From Eledone cirrhosa (taxonomy: Eukaryota): a stretch of 64,000 nucleotides of DNA. Within the stretch, counting starts at the first letter, position 1; every line of letters starts with the position of its first letter. The position numbers and the translations under genes were made by a program. Positions 1-11,680 of this stretch are shown here, piece by piece. The stretch is taken from the NCBI GenBank assembly GCA_964016885.1, contig OZ024744.1:9610001-9674000 (forward strand), written 5' to 3'. The notes under the pieces were generated by a model, which worked only from the letters and a program-made list of their open reading frames with translations, had not been told where the DNA came from and made no database searches.

Positions 1-1748
1 AGGTGTTTCGTCTCTCTGGGCGAGTATTTATCAGCCTTCACTCTCAAAGCAAAAGTCAATGGTTTATGGTCAGTGAGGATAGTAAATTGTCTACCCTCTA
101 GCACATGTGAAAAATGTTTCACGGCCAAATAGATGGCTAAAAGCTCTCTTCCAAAGGTGCTGTAGCGCGTCTCAGCAGGATTTAGCTTTTTGGAAAAAAA
201 CTCCAGCGTTTGCTGGTAACCATTGATGTTTTGCTGTAGTACTGCACCCACAGCGATACCCGATGCATCAACACAAAGTGTTAGCTTTGCACCGGGTACC
301 GGGTGAGTCAGTAACGAAGCATTAGCCAAAACAGTTTTGGCGTGCTGAAAATCAGCAAGTTGAGTGTCTGTCAAAGAAATATCTTTGTTCTTCCTCCGAC
401 AATTTTTCAAAATTTCTGTCAGGGAGAAAAGCAATTTTGCACAATTTGGCACGAAACGCCTATAAAAGTTAACCAGACCTAAGAACTGGCGTAACTGACG
501 TAGTGAGGTCGGTGGAGGCAAATCCTCTATGACCTTAACTCGCTCAGGCCGGGGTCGAATACCGTCAGCATCGATGACGTGACCCAAGAAAGTCAGTGAC
601 TCAGCACCAAAAACACATTTGGGTGCATTAAGCTGCACGTTATACGCCTTCAATCGGCGGAAAAGAAGATTCAAATGGTGCGTATGCTGCTCTGGAGAAC
701 AACTAGCAATGAGCAGGTCGTCAATATAGGTATAGACGAAATCGAGGCCGCGAGTAACCTCATCCATAAACCGCTGAAAAGTACTAGCGGCATTCCTTAA
801 TCCGAACGGCATGGTCAAAAACTCGAAAGACCCAAATGGCGTAACTATAGCCGTTTTTGGAATGTCATTTTTATGGACAGGAATTTGATGGTACGCACGA
901 ATTAAATCCAGTTTGGAGAATATCTTGCATCCCTGCAACGAAGACGCAAAGTCTTGCAGATGAGGGATAGGATAACGGTCCGGTACCGTTATCGAATTTA
1001 GGCGTCGATAATCTCCAGTAGGTCTCCAATCGCCATTCGCTTTCGCTACCATGTGTAATGGGGACGCCCACGGGCTCGTGGACGGACGAATAATCCCCAT
1101 TTGCAGCATGTGATCAAACTCTGATCGTGCTGCTTTGAGTTTGTCTGGAGGCAAGCGACGAGGACGAGAGAAAACGGGAGCACCAGTTGTAGATATGAAG
1201 TGCTCCGTGGTATGAGTTGGTTCATCAAATCGAAAATTTCCCTAAGTCAGTTGCGGGAACGAGTTCAACAACGCATGGAAAGGATCACCGGTGTTAGCAA
1301 GAAAAAATGTCGGGCTAACCGTTGGAACTCCTGCTGCCTTGCCAACAACAGTTAATCCCGTGATGCCATCAATTAAGCGTTTACCACGAAGGTCCACCGT
1401 CAATGAAAAATGGTGGAGAAAATCCGCGCCTAGAATCGGATACGGCAAGGCAGCGACAGTAAATATCCATTTAAACTCACGCCGCAGATTACGAAACTGC
1501 AAAGGTAACGAGATTTGTCCGAAAGTTCGAATCGGCGAACAATTTACTGCCTGCAACTCAATAGGCGTCTCAGGGGGAGTCTCCTTCATACAACACACAG
1601 GCCATACGGAACAAGCTGCACTTGTGTCAACCAGAAAAGCTCTACCTGACAGCAGGTCCTCAATGAAAAAGTGGCGGTTAGATGTTGTTTCGCAGAGCGC
1701 ACTATCCGCCGTTAGTGACTCTGGTCGTCTTTTCCCTCGTAAGCACAA
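1..1748 (-). pseudogene. Gypsy pol (protease, RT, RNase H) with one in-frame TAG at 1242-1244
   Basis: Protease FLVDTSA...ILGADFL (DTG altered to DTS); the frame continues after the TAG through [10 protein letters not shown]; YIDD at ~718-729 and RNase H motifs run to the window edge. Confidence 0.88.
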
Positions 1749-2492
1749 GGAGGCCTACAACGGGCGGCTTTTTTACCATATTTTTCATGGTAATAACAAT
1801 ATGGTGTTCCTGGTGTGTTGGAAGGGCTACGGTGGCGAGAAGTTGAATAACGTCGTGAGCGGCTCCTCTGCCGTCCAAAGGACGTGAATTCCTTGCACAA
1901 CTCCGCCATTTGACGAGTCATGGCTTCCATAGCGGTGATTAATATGTCATCAGACGCTGATGAGCGTGATTTAGGAAGAGAAGAGGAAGCAACGTACTGT
2001 GGCTTCGAAGTGTCTCTCTTCGTCACCTCTACAATTTTGTCAGCAGAGACAGCAATGTGATCCAGGGTATTCACCTCTAGCATATGGGCTAGGATCGCCT
2101 GTACCTCTTGAGGTAGGCGAGAGAAGAACAATTGCTTCAGGAAAGGGCTATCCTGATCTTGGGAATCGCTCAAATCCCGCAAATACCGGAGAAAAGCGGT
2201 AGGGGTCCTGTCACCTAATCGTTCGTCCTCGATCAATGACCGAAAACGACTCTCTACCGACTTACAATTCCTCCTCAAAATCTCGCCCTTCAAAAACTCA
2301 TACGTCAAGTCAGAGGGGGGGGGGGTCTGTAATTAGGTCTTGGACCGAATCTGCTAGATTAGGGGGAAGGCCGCTAATCAGTACAGCGAGGCGCTGGTCA
2401 GATTCGGTCTTACAGACCGTAAAATACGCCTGTAACTGGGCAAACCACATCTTAGGTTTTCCAGTAAAGGCGGGCAAATGTGGCACATTCAT
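1712..2492 (-). pseudogene. Gypsy gag with a frameshift in a G homopolymer at ~2314-2325
   Basis: ORFs 2310-2492 (PAFTGKPKMWFAQL) and 1712-2308 (LGDRTPTAFL; CHCC finger) join across a poly-G run, which could be a real lesion or an assembly error. Confidence 0.85.
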
Positions 2493-3350
2493 GTTAACTT
2501 TTCTAAAAAAAATATATACATATATATCTAAACAGCAATTAATGTACCCTTGTACAGTGAAAAGAGAACAGCCAATATTAAGAAAAAGTTAAAGGGCAAA
2601 AAGAAACAGACATTCAAAACATAAGGAAATATTCAAAATACATAAAATAGATATATATCTTTTAAAAAAAAATTTTCCTTCAACGTCTGTCCCCTCGCGT
2701 TGTTTCAACGAACCAGCCAAATCAAATAAGGTAAAAAAGAGGAGGAAAAAAATGTTTGTTTTTTTTAAAATATATCCGCGTTGGATATCAACAAAGGTAG
2801 CCAGTGGCTAAAAATCCCTTAGAAAAAGGTAAGGCATGTATATCCCCATGCGGGGCAGTTATGTTCACAAAAAAAAGTTTAGTCTCTTCTCTCTTGATCA
2901 GTCATGGAACACACACGCAATTCAAAAAAATGTGTCCGTTACAAAACTGGGAAGGAACGCAACGCCACCTTGGAAAAATACACTTTTTTCTTTTTTCTTC
3001 TGTAAGTTGCGAAAAAGTTGGCAACGGAAATGAAATATTCAAGTGAATAAAAAAAAGGCTGCTCTAAATTATTTACACGAATGAATCGTTTTGATATTTC
3101 CGATGTGTGGTGGTTTGCGTCGGTAAGGCTATGAGCTGCCACTCACTATTCCCTGTTTTGGTCAGTGGTTAAACAATGTTGTCGCTGCTGCTGCTGTCGT
3201 TGTTGTTGTCGAGTGTAGCAAAAAGTTTTTAAAATACTACTAATTTTTCAATAATTTTAAAAGGAATATTTTTTATTTTCGCAAGTTGCGAAAAAAAGGC
3301 CAGCAACGTGGCAATAAAAGTTCAACTGAATGAAAAAGAAGGGCTGCGTT

Positions 3351-3371
3351 AAATTCTTACGTCGGTCACCA
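3351..3371 (-). promoter_or_regulatory. Primer-binding site resembling the tRNA-Trp 3' end
   Basis: - strand TGGTGACCGACGT versus the tRNA-Trp complement TGGTGACCCCGACGT (2-nt gap); lies immediately downstream of the LTR. Confidence 0.7.
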
Positions 3372-3372
3372 C

Positions 3373-3607
3373 TTTAGCAGTATTAGTTATAAATGTTATC
3401 GAGATACGAGTGACATAATAATTATTTCAACAGCAGAAATTAGAGATGAAATATACGTTTATTTTTTGATGTAGCACAAACAATGGTGTTGTACAGAGGC
3501 TGGTTTCTGACGTGTGATCAGTCGGCTTTCCAGTGGCTGTCTGGCTTTTCTTTCTGGCGTTCTCAACCGGCGTTGTTCTATCAAGGAGCGTGAGGCGTCT
3601 TACTACA
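3373..3607 (-). repeat. 5' LTR of the Gypsy element (~235 bp)
   Basis: On the - strand begins TGTAGTA exactly at the boundary with the 69/79-bp array and ends ...TGCTAAA, 1 nt before the PBS. Confidence 0.7.
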
Positions 3608-4345
3608 GGTTAAATAGGAACTCTTTAAAATGGGTAGTTCTATTTGATAGAACCAGAGATGGGTTGGTAACTAGAGGGTTAAATAGGAACTCTTTAAAAT
3701 GGATGGTCTTATTAAATAGAACCAGAGCTGGTTTTGGCTGGGTTGGTGACTAAAGGGTTAAATAGGAACTCTTTAAAATGGGTTGTCTTATTTGATAGAA
3801 CCAGAGATGGGTTGGTAACTAGAGGGTTAAATAGGAACTCTTTAAAATGGATGGTCTTATTAAATAGAACCAGAGCTGGTTTTGGCTGGGTTGGTGACTA
3901 AAGGGTTAAATAGGAACTCTTTAAAATGGGTTGTCTTATTTGATAGAAACAGAGCTGGTTTTGGCTGGGTTGGTAACTAGAGGGTTAAATAGGAACTCTT
4001 TAAAATGGGTGGTTTTATTTGATAGAATCAGAGCTGGTTTTGGCTGGGTTGGTAACTAAAGGGTTAAATAGGAACTCTTTAAAATGGGTAGTTTTATTTG
4101 ATAGAACCAGAGCTGGTTTTGGCTGGGTTGGTAACTAAAGGGTTTAATAGGAACTCTTTAAAATGGGTGTTCTTATTTGATAGAATCAGAGCTGGTTTTG
4201 GCTGGGTTGGTAACTAAAGGGTTAAATAGGAGCTCTTTAAAATGGGTAGTTTTATTTGATAGAACCAGAGATGGGTTGGTAACTAGAGGGTTCAATAGGA
4301 ACTCTTTAAAATCGGAAATGGGTGGTTTTATTTGATAGAACCAGT
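3608..4345. repeat. Minisatellite, 69/79-bp units, ~10 copies
   Basis: Unit ggttaaataggaactctttaaaatgg...ttggtaactaRa with or without ctggttttgg; unit starts at 3608, 3677, 3756. Confidence 0.92.
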
Positions 4346-4417
4346 GATGGATTTCAGCAAGCTTTTATATAAAGAGTTAAAATAGTTGTAAATCAAATTA
4401 TATTGATTATCTCGCAG

Positions 4418-4519
4418 GAGGAGGTAGCAAGCCTTCGACGAAAACTTGAACGTTCAAAGAAAATAGAAATGGCTGGTGCTGCTGATGAGGTTCTAATGGA
4501 GGAAATTAAAGAGTACAAG
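4418..4519 (+). CDS. Bre1: Bre1/RNF20-RNF40 E3 ubiquitin ligase, penultimate coding exon (end of coiled coil)
   Basis: Flanked by ctcgcag acceptor and gtaagt donor; 102 nt, phase 0, translates EEVASLRRKLERSKKIEMAGAADEVLMEEIKEYK, the segment preceding the Bre1 RING; joins in frame to 10227. Confidence 0.93.
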
Positions 4520-6120
4520 GTAAGTTTGAGGCTGTTGTTGTTCAGAGTAAATATAATTTTCACTTGATTGGTGTTGGTGGTGTTGTTGAGGTTAGACTTC
4601 TTTAACCTTTCAGCATTTATACTGACCATATTTGGCCAGAATTCTCTCATCTCTTTCTGTTCAAATCACCTCTAACTGACCACTCATACTGATGTTAAGG
4701 TATTGTTCTCAAAATATATAACATTGAGGTAAAGCCTTTATTGTTAAAATACAATAGTAAATATAGAGTAATGTAAATGTTATGTGAGATATTGTGAGGT
4801 AAAGCCTTTACTGTGAAAATACAATAGTATATATAGAGTAATGTAAATGTTATGTGAGGTATTATGTGAGGTAAAGCCTTTACTGTGAAAATACAATAGT
4901 ATATATAGAGTAATGTAAATGTTATGTGAGATATTGTGTGAGGTAAAGCCTTTACTGTGAAAATACAATAGCATATATAGAGTAATGTATATGTTATGTG
5001 AGGTAAAGCCTTTACTGTGAAAATACAATAGTATATATAGAGTAATGTAAATGTTATGTGAGATATTGTGTGAGGTAAAGCCTTTACTGTGAAAATACAA
5101 TAGTATATATAGAGTAATGTAAATGTTATGTGAGATATTATGTGAGGTAAAGCCTTTACTGTGAAAATACAATAGCATATATAGAGTAATGTAAATGTTA
5201 TGTCAGATATTGTGTGAGGTAAAGCCTTTACTGTGACAATACAATAGTATATATAGAGTAATGTAAATGTTATGTGAGATATTATGTGAGGTAAAGCCTT
5301 TACTGTGAAAATACAATAGTATATATAGAGTAATGTAAATGTTATGTGAGATATTGTATGGTAAAGCCTTTACTGTGAAAATACAATAGTATATATAGAG
5401 TAATGTAAATGTTATGTGAGGTAAAGCCTTTACTGTGAAAATACAATAGTATATATAGAGTAATGTAAATGTTATGTGAGATATTATGTGAGGTAAAGCC
5501 TTTACTGTGAAAATACAATAGTATATATAGAGTAATGTAAATGTTATGTGAGATATTATGTGAGGTAAAGCCTTTACTGTGAAAATACAATAGTATATAT
5601 AGAGTAATGTAAATGTTATGTGAGATATTGTGAGGTAAAGCTTTTACTGTGAAAATACAATAGTATATATAGAGTAATGTAAATGTTATGTGAGATATTG
5701 TATGGTAAAGCCTTTACTGTGAAAATACAATAGTATATATAGAGTAATGTAAATGTTATGTGAGGTAAAGCCTTTACTGTTAAAATACAATAGTATATAT
5801 AGAGTAATGTGAATGTTATGTGAGGTAAAGCCTTTACTGTGAAAATACAATAGTATATATAGAGTAATGTAAATGTTATGTGAGGTAAAGCCTTTACTGT
5901 GAAAATACAATAGTATATATAGAGTGATGTAAATATTATGTGAGGTAAAGCCTTTACTGTGAAAATACAATAGTATATATAGAGTAATGTAAATGTTATG
6001 TGAGATATTATGTGAGGTAAAGCCTTTACTGTGACAATACAATAGTATATATAGAGTAATGTGAATGTTATGTGAGATATTATGTGAGGTAAAGCCTTTA
6101 CTGTGAAAATACAATAGTAT

Positions 6121-7120
6121 CATCATCATCATCATCATCACCGTTTTACGTCTGTTCTTCCACGCTAGCATGGGTTAGACGGGTTGCCCTGTTGTGGGCA
6201 GTGTCTGGTCGGCTGACCATGCCTTGCTCATACAGGAACTGATTTGGCTTGATTTCTACAGCTGGATGCCCTTCCTAACACCAACCTCATTTACAGTGAG
6301 TGCTGGGTGCTTTTTCGTGGTGCCTACACGTCCACTTTACAGTGTGGGCTGGGTGCTTTTTTGCCGTGGCACCTCCACGACCACCTTGAGGTGGGGGGTG
6401 TGGGGGCATATTGTCTATATGCTTCAGCTTGTACCCATGGGAGGTCGGGTACTCTGTATTACTGCGTGATGCCAGAAGTCACGGTCGTGTGTCATTGTCT
6501 TTGAGAGGTGCAATTGGGTAAGGTCGGCTTTTATCACCTCATCCCAGGTCATCTTGGGTCTCCCCACTCCGCGGTTTCCATCAACTTCTAGTTCTCTGCA
6601 CCTTTTTATGCAGCTGTCATCCTTCATACGCATCACATGTCCATACCAGCGCAACCGCCTCTCCTGCACACAGCATTTGATTCCTCTTATGCTCAGTCTC
6701 TCTCTCAATTCATTTAGTCTTTGTCGTTCTCATATATTACTGTTACACATCCATCGGAGCATGCAGGCTTCGTTTCTCTCTAATCTACGTAAGTCTTCCA
6801 CCTTCAGCGCCCAGGTCTCACTACCATGCAACATCGCTGTTCGGATACACGCATCATACAGTCTGCCTTTCATTCTGAGGGAGAAGCCTTTTGCAGCTAG
6901 CAGTGGTAGTAGTTCCCTAAACTTCTTCCATCCCGTTCTTACCCTAGTTATTGTACTTTCTGAACACCCACCTCCGCTGCTAATTCGGTCACCTAGGTAG
7001 AAGAAGCTGTCTACTGTTTCTACAGGGCCCTCCCAGAGATTGGTGGTACTTGTTTCCTGTGGCTGTTTGCTGCTTGCTGTCTCAGTACAGCTGCTGCATG
7101 TGAATCCTACATTCTTAATT
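6121..7120 (-). mobile_element. RTE LINE subfamily A, 5'-truncated
   Basis: (CAT)n tail; C-terminal RTE motifs ERRLRWYGHVMR and GRPKMTW; near-identical to 21701-22695; tagtat on both flanks. Confidence 0.92.
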
Positions 7121-7260
7121 AGTATATATAGAGTAATGTAAATGTTATGTGAGGTAAAGCCTTTACTGTGAAAATACAATAGTATACATAGAGTAATGTA
7201 AATGTTATGTGAGATATTATGTGAGGTAAAGCCTTTACTGTGAAAATACAATAGTATATA

Positions 7261-8115
7261 CCACTATTAGCCGCTAAATGGTTCTCTCTAAAAATGAAAG
7301 GCAGGCTGTATGATGCCTGCATACGAACAGCAATGTTACATGGCAGTGAGAGCTGGGCATTGTGTGCAGAGGATATATGCAGACTGGAGAGGAACGAAGC
7401 TTGCATGCTCCGCTGGATGTGTAATAGTAATATACGTGAACGGCAAAGCATAAATGAACTAAGGGAAAAATTAAAAATAAGAGGGATCAGATGTTGTTTA
7501 CTCGAGAGAAGGCTACGTTGGTATGGTCACGTGATGCGCATGAAAGACGACAGCTGTATAAAAAAGTGCAGGGCAATAAAAATAGGCGGTAGCCATGGAG
7601 TAGGCAGACCCAGAAAAACCTGGGACGACTTGATAAATTCCGACCTCACACACTTACACCTCTCCAAGACAATGTCACTGGACCGAGACCTTTGGCGGTA
7701 CTCAGTAATAGAGAAGACCCGCCTTGCCTAAATACAAAGTGAAACCTACTACAGTCAGTAGGCACCTCTAACAAAATACACTACCATAACACTACCCCCA
7801 CCCCATCCACACCACCCCTTTCAATGTAAAGTTATGTTGGTACCACAACATCCAGCCCGAAACAAATGAGGTCATGTAGGTGTCACGACAAAAAAACACA
7901 CAGTCCACGCTGTAATGTGGCCGTGTAGGTAACACGGTAAAAACCTCCAAGTCCACACTGTAAATGTGATTGGTGTTAGGAAGGGCAACCAGCTGTAGAA
8001 AACCCGCCAGACAGTCCTATGCGAGCAAGACAACCACTCTTGCCTCAATTGGGAAAACTCCCGTCCAAACCCATGCAAGCGTGGAAGATGGACGTTAAAT
8101 GATGATGATGATGAT
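7261..8115 (+). mobile_element. RTE LINE subfamily B, 5'-truncated
   Basis: ORF 7294-7731 ending EKTRLA*, then 3' UTR and (GAT)n tail; atata on both flanks. Confidence 0.92.
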
Positions 8116-8985
8116 ATATAGAGTAATGTAAATGTTATGTGAGGTAAAGCCTTTACTGTAAAAATACAATAGTATATATCGTGTAATGTAAATGTTATGT
8201 CAGATATGTGAGGTAAAGCCTTTACTGTGAAAATACAATAGTATATATAGAGTAATGTAAATGTTATGTGAGGTATTATGTGAGGTAAAGCCTTTACTGT
8301 GACAATACAATAGTATATATAGAGTAATGTAAATGTTATGTGAGGTAAAGCCTTTACTGTGAAAATACAATAGTATATATAGAGTAATGTAAATGTTATG
8401 CGAGATATTATGTGAGGTAAAGCCTTTACTGTGAAAATACAATAGTATATATAGAGTAATGTAAATGTTATGTGAGGTAAAGCCTTTACTGTGAAAATAC
8501 AATAGTATATATAGAGTAATGTAAATGTTATGTGAGATATGTGAGGTAAAGCCTTTACTGTGAAAATACAATAGTATATATAGAGTAATGTAAATGTTAT
8601 GTGAGGTAAAGCCTTTACTGTGAAAATACAATAGTATATATAGAGTAATGTAAATATTATGTGAGGTAAAGCCTTTACTGTGAAAATACAATAGTATATA
8701 TAGAGTAATGTAAATGTTATGTGAGGTAAAGCCTTTACTGTGAAAATACAATAGTATATATAGAGTAATGTAAATGTTATGTGAGATATGTGAGGTAAAG
8801 CCTTTACTGTGAAAATACAATAGTATATATAGAGTAATCTAAATATTATGTGAGGTAAAGCCTTTACTGTGAAAATACAATAGTATATATAGAGTAATGT
8901 AAATGTTATGTGTGGTAAAGCCTTTACTGTGAAAATACAATAGTATATATAGAGTAATGTAAATGTTATGTGTGGTAAAGCTTTT

Positions 8986-10192
8986 ATGCTTCACTACCAT
9001 GCAGCAACACGCATCTCACACAGAGATCATATAACCGGCCTTTTGTTCGTAGGGAAAACCCTTATTTGGAATCCCTTCTTCCAACCTGTCCTTATTGTAG
9101 ATACTATGGCATTGGAACACCCCCCTCCTCCCATGCTAATCTGATTTCCTAGGTACCGGAAGCTATCAACCACTTTATAGCGCCCACCTGCATTTGAAAA
9201 ATGTGGCTATCACTGTGACCTCTACTATCAAATTTCCTTGAATATCTACTGCATATGTAGTTTTCCTTACTTGTTAGTTTGCCTGCTATCCCTCTACATC
9301 TCTTGTGTACCCAAGATCTGCATTGTGTGCATTTTATAGATTTTATGCCAGTTCCTTTTCTGCATATTGAACATGGCCATTTCCCTGACGGAATCAGAGT
9401 TTTGTCCTCTTTTCTACTCATCAACACTTTTGTCTTAGCTAGGTTCACTCTGTCTTCTTGCTTCCAACTGCTGTTTCCATAGCCAGAATTTCTTCTCTAG
9501 CTCCTCTACTGATTCTGCTATAAGAACCAGATCGTCAGCATAGAGAAGTTCTCATGGACAGCCAGTCTTAAACTCCTCTGTTATGGCTTGGAAGACTATA
9601 ATGAACAAGAGCGGGCTGAGGACCGAACCCTGATGTACTCCTACTTGTATCTGGAATTCCTCACTAAACTCCCTTCCTACTCTGACTTTACTGACTGCAC
9701 CTCTGTACATAGCTTGCATTGTCCTCACAAGCCATTACTCTACACCTAGTTTCCTTAGGGACCCCCAGATGACAGATCGGGGTACCCTATCAAAGGCCTT
9801 CTCTCGGTCAACAAAGGCTTGGTATAGTGGCTTATTCTTCTCTAAGAACCTCTCTTGTAATTGTCTCACCAAGAAGAGGGCATCTGTTGTACCCTTCCCA
9901 GGCACAAAACCAAACTGCATCTCATCTAGTTTGACCCTTTCTCTAATTAGTTGTGCTAAAATCCTTTCCTCCACTTTCATAACCTGATCTATCAGTTTTA
10001 TACCCCTATAATTGCTCCTCTCCAAAGCATCCCCTTTACCTTTGTAGCAATTTATGAGAATAGTGCTGCACCAGTCTTTGGGTATGACACCACCATATAT
10101 AGCCTGATTGATGATGCGCGCAACCAGTTTAGTGCCTACGTCCCCTGATGCCTTCAGCAACTATTCCCGACGGTCCAGCGGCCTTACCATTT
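8986..10192 (-). pseudogene. Older degraded RTE RT fragment without tail
   Basis: NYRGIKLI, QFGFVPGKGTTDA, EKAFDRVPR, GSVLSPLLF and LYADDL are recognisable but broken by stops and frameshifts. Confidence 0.88.
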
Positions 10193-10226
10193 TAAAAATA
10201 TTTTTTCTCTCTCTCTTCCTATGTAG

Positions 10227-10403
10227 GAACAACTGACCTGTCCATCCTGTAAGGTGAAACGTAAGGATGCTGTGCTGACCAAGTGTTTCCACGTATTTTG
10301 TCTAGAGTGTTTGAAGACACGCTATGAAACTCGTCAACGTAAATGTCCCAAGTGCAATGCTGGATTTGGGGCCAATGATTATCATCGATTATATCTAACC
10401 TAA
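10227..10403 (+). CDS. Bre1: Bre1/RNF20-RNF40 terminal exon, C3HC4 RING finger
   Basis: Polypyrimidine tract plus atgtag acceptor; translates [58 protein letters not shown], the characteristic Bre1 C-terminus; TAA at 10401-10403. Confidence 0.96.
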   Translation, partial: EQLTCPSCKVKRKDAVLTKCFHVFCLECLKTRYETRQRKCPKCNAGFGANDYHRLYLT

Positions 10404-10764
10404 ACAATCATTCACTCACGACCATTGATATCTTTTAAAAGGGGTCAAATGAACAGAGTATTCCATTTTCCTTGTGGCAAGCTATTGTTGAATGCTGAGG
10501 TTTGTGTGAAGGTTTGTGTATTTTGTGTCTCTCCTTTGTTCTGTCCTACACCATCTTGTAGATGGTTTAAGACAGAACAAATAAAAACCCAGTCATTGAG
10601 GAGATCACAGAATGTGTGACAAAAGAAGCACATGCACAAATTAAGCACACAGCACACAAAATTAAAAAAATAGTCACTGAGGAGGTCACAGAATGTGTGA
10701 CGAAAGAGCCTTGTCAATATATAAACAACTTTCAGGTTATCAAACCAACCAACTGGAAATTTTT

Positions 10765-10770
10765 AATAAA
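10765..10770 (+). promoter_or_regulatory. Candidate Bre1 polyadenylation signal
   Basis: AATAAA ~360 nt after the stop, followed ~25 nt later by a GT/T-rich tract (tgcatgtgtttttattgg). Confidence 0.5.
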
Positions 10771-10834
10771 TTGAAGTGAAAACCAACAGGTGCATGTGTT
10801 TTTATTGGCAGCATGACCTTTCCAAAGTATAATA

Positions 10835-11673
10835 CGAGGTGTGTCAGAAAAGTTCCAGGACTGATGTCACAAAAGATTTATTTCAAACCCAAACTTCACA
10901 CTAAGAGTTTTCTCCCCTGGAGGATGTAACTGTAATCTTAGCTCTCTGCAGCAATCAAACTTTTTTCTTCATAATTTTATATACATGTCCTCTGTTTCAG
11001 GTCGTCAAGCAATGAGCACAGAGCAACGAACAAACTTGAAGTTTCTGGTATGGTTGGGGAAAACTCCGTCAGAAACACTGGGATTGCTGCAGCAAGTGTA
11101 TGGAGATTAGACGATGTCACGCTCACGTGTTTATGAGTGGTGCAAGAGGTTTAAAGAAGGATGTGAGGACGTGGAAGATGACCCCAGGAGCGGAAGGCCC
11201 TCAACAACCAGAACTGAGGTCAACGTTGAGCGCATCAGGCAGATGGTGCGTAGCGATCGTCGGCTGACTGTTCGACTGAGGGCTAATGAGCTGGGAATGA
11301 ATCGGGACAGCGTCTGGAAGATTCTCACTGAAGATTTGGACATGCGGAAAGTCTGCGTGAAGATGGTGCCAGGACATCCTCGAGTGTCTTGAAACCGAAC
11401 CAGACTTGCTAGAGACAGTCATCACCGGTGATGAGTCATGGATCTTCGACCCGTTTTGAAGACATGGACAACATCAAAAAGGCCGCGACGACGGAACTGC
11501 GGAGGGTCCCTTAAGAATCCTTCCAGGAGTGCATGCAAACGTGGCAGAAAAGGATGGAAAAGTGCATTAGACTCCAGGGGGGTTACTTTGAAGGAGAAAA
11601 CTCTTAGTGTGAAGTTTGGGTTTGAAATAAATCTTTTGCGACATCAGTCCTGGAACTTTTCTGACACACCTCG
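10835..11673 (+). mobile_element. Mariner (Tc1/mariner) element, internally deleted, ~81-bp TIRs, TA TSD
   Basis: TA|cgaggtgtgtcagaaaagttcc...ggaacttttctgacacacctcg|TA; ATG at 11012; HTH region SRSRVYEWCKRFKEG..DDPRSGRP, ITGDESW, C-terminal GGYFEG; most of the catalytic core is missing. Confidence 0.93.
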
Positions 11674-11680
11674 TATATAT

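Larger units (their letters stand above)
1..3607 (-). mobile_element. Ty3/Gypsy LTR retrotransposon, CsRn1-like clade; 5' LTR to RNase H, continues beyond the window start; antisense within a Bre1 intron
   Basis: Order LTR-PBS-gag-PR-RT-RH; Gag CHCC motif Cx2Hx9Cx3C (CYYHEKYGKKAARCRPPC); tRNA-Trp-like PBS; RT motifs [19 protein letters not shown]; RNase H TDHKPL. Confidence 0.93.
4725..8985. repeat. Minisatellite, 60/72-bp units, in the last Bre1 intron; interrupted by two RTE insertions
   Basis: Unit tgaggtaaagcctttactgtgaaaatacaatagtatatatagagtaatgtaaatgttatg with or without tgagatattatg; blocks 4725-6120, 7121-7260 and 8116-8985. Confidence 0.95.

Noticed and set aside
1291-1887. 198-aa + strand ORF and similar ORFs opposite RTE, CRE and CR1 coding regions
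   Set aside because: Antisense shadows of retroelement ORFs with no independent motifs.
4780-8820. YFHSKGFTSHNI repeat ORFs
   Set aside because: Antisense translation of the 60/72-bp minisatellite, whose unit lengths are multiples of 3.
3608-8985. CRISPR-like appearance of regularly spaced repeats with a short palindrome
   Set aside because: No unique spacers, no cas genes, and the context is a eukaryotic intron.
10560-10710. ~81-bp imperfect tandem duplication in the Bre1 3' UTR as a regulatory element
   Set aside because: Only two degenerate copies and no recognisable motif; cannot be distinguished from neutral duplication.
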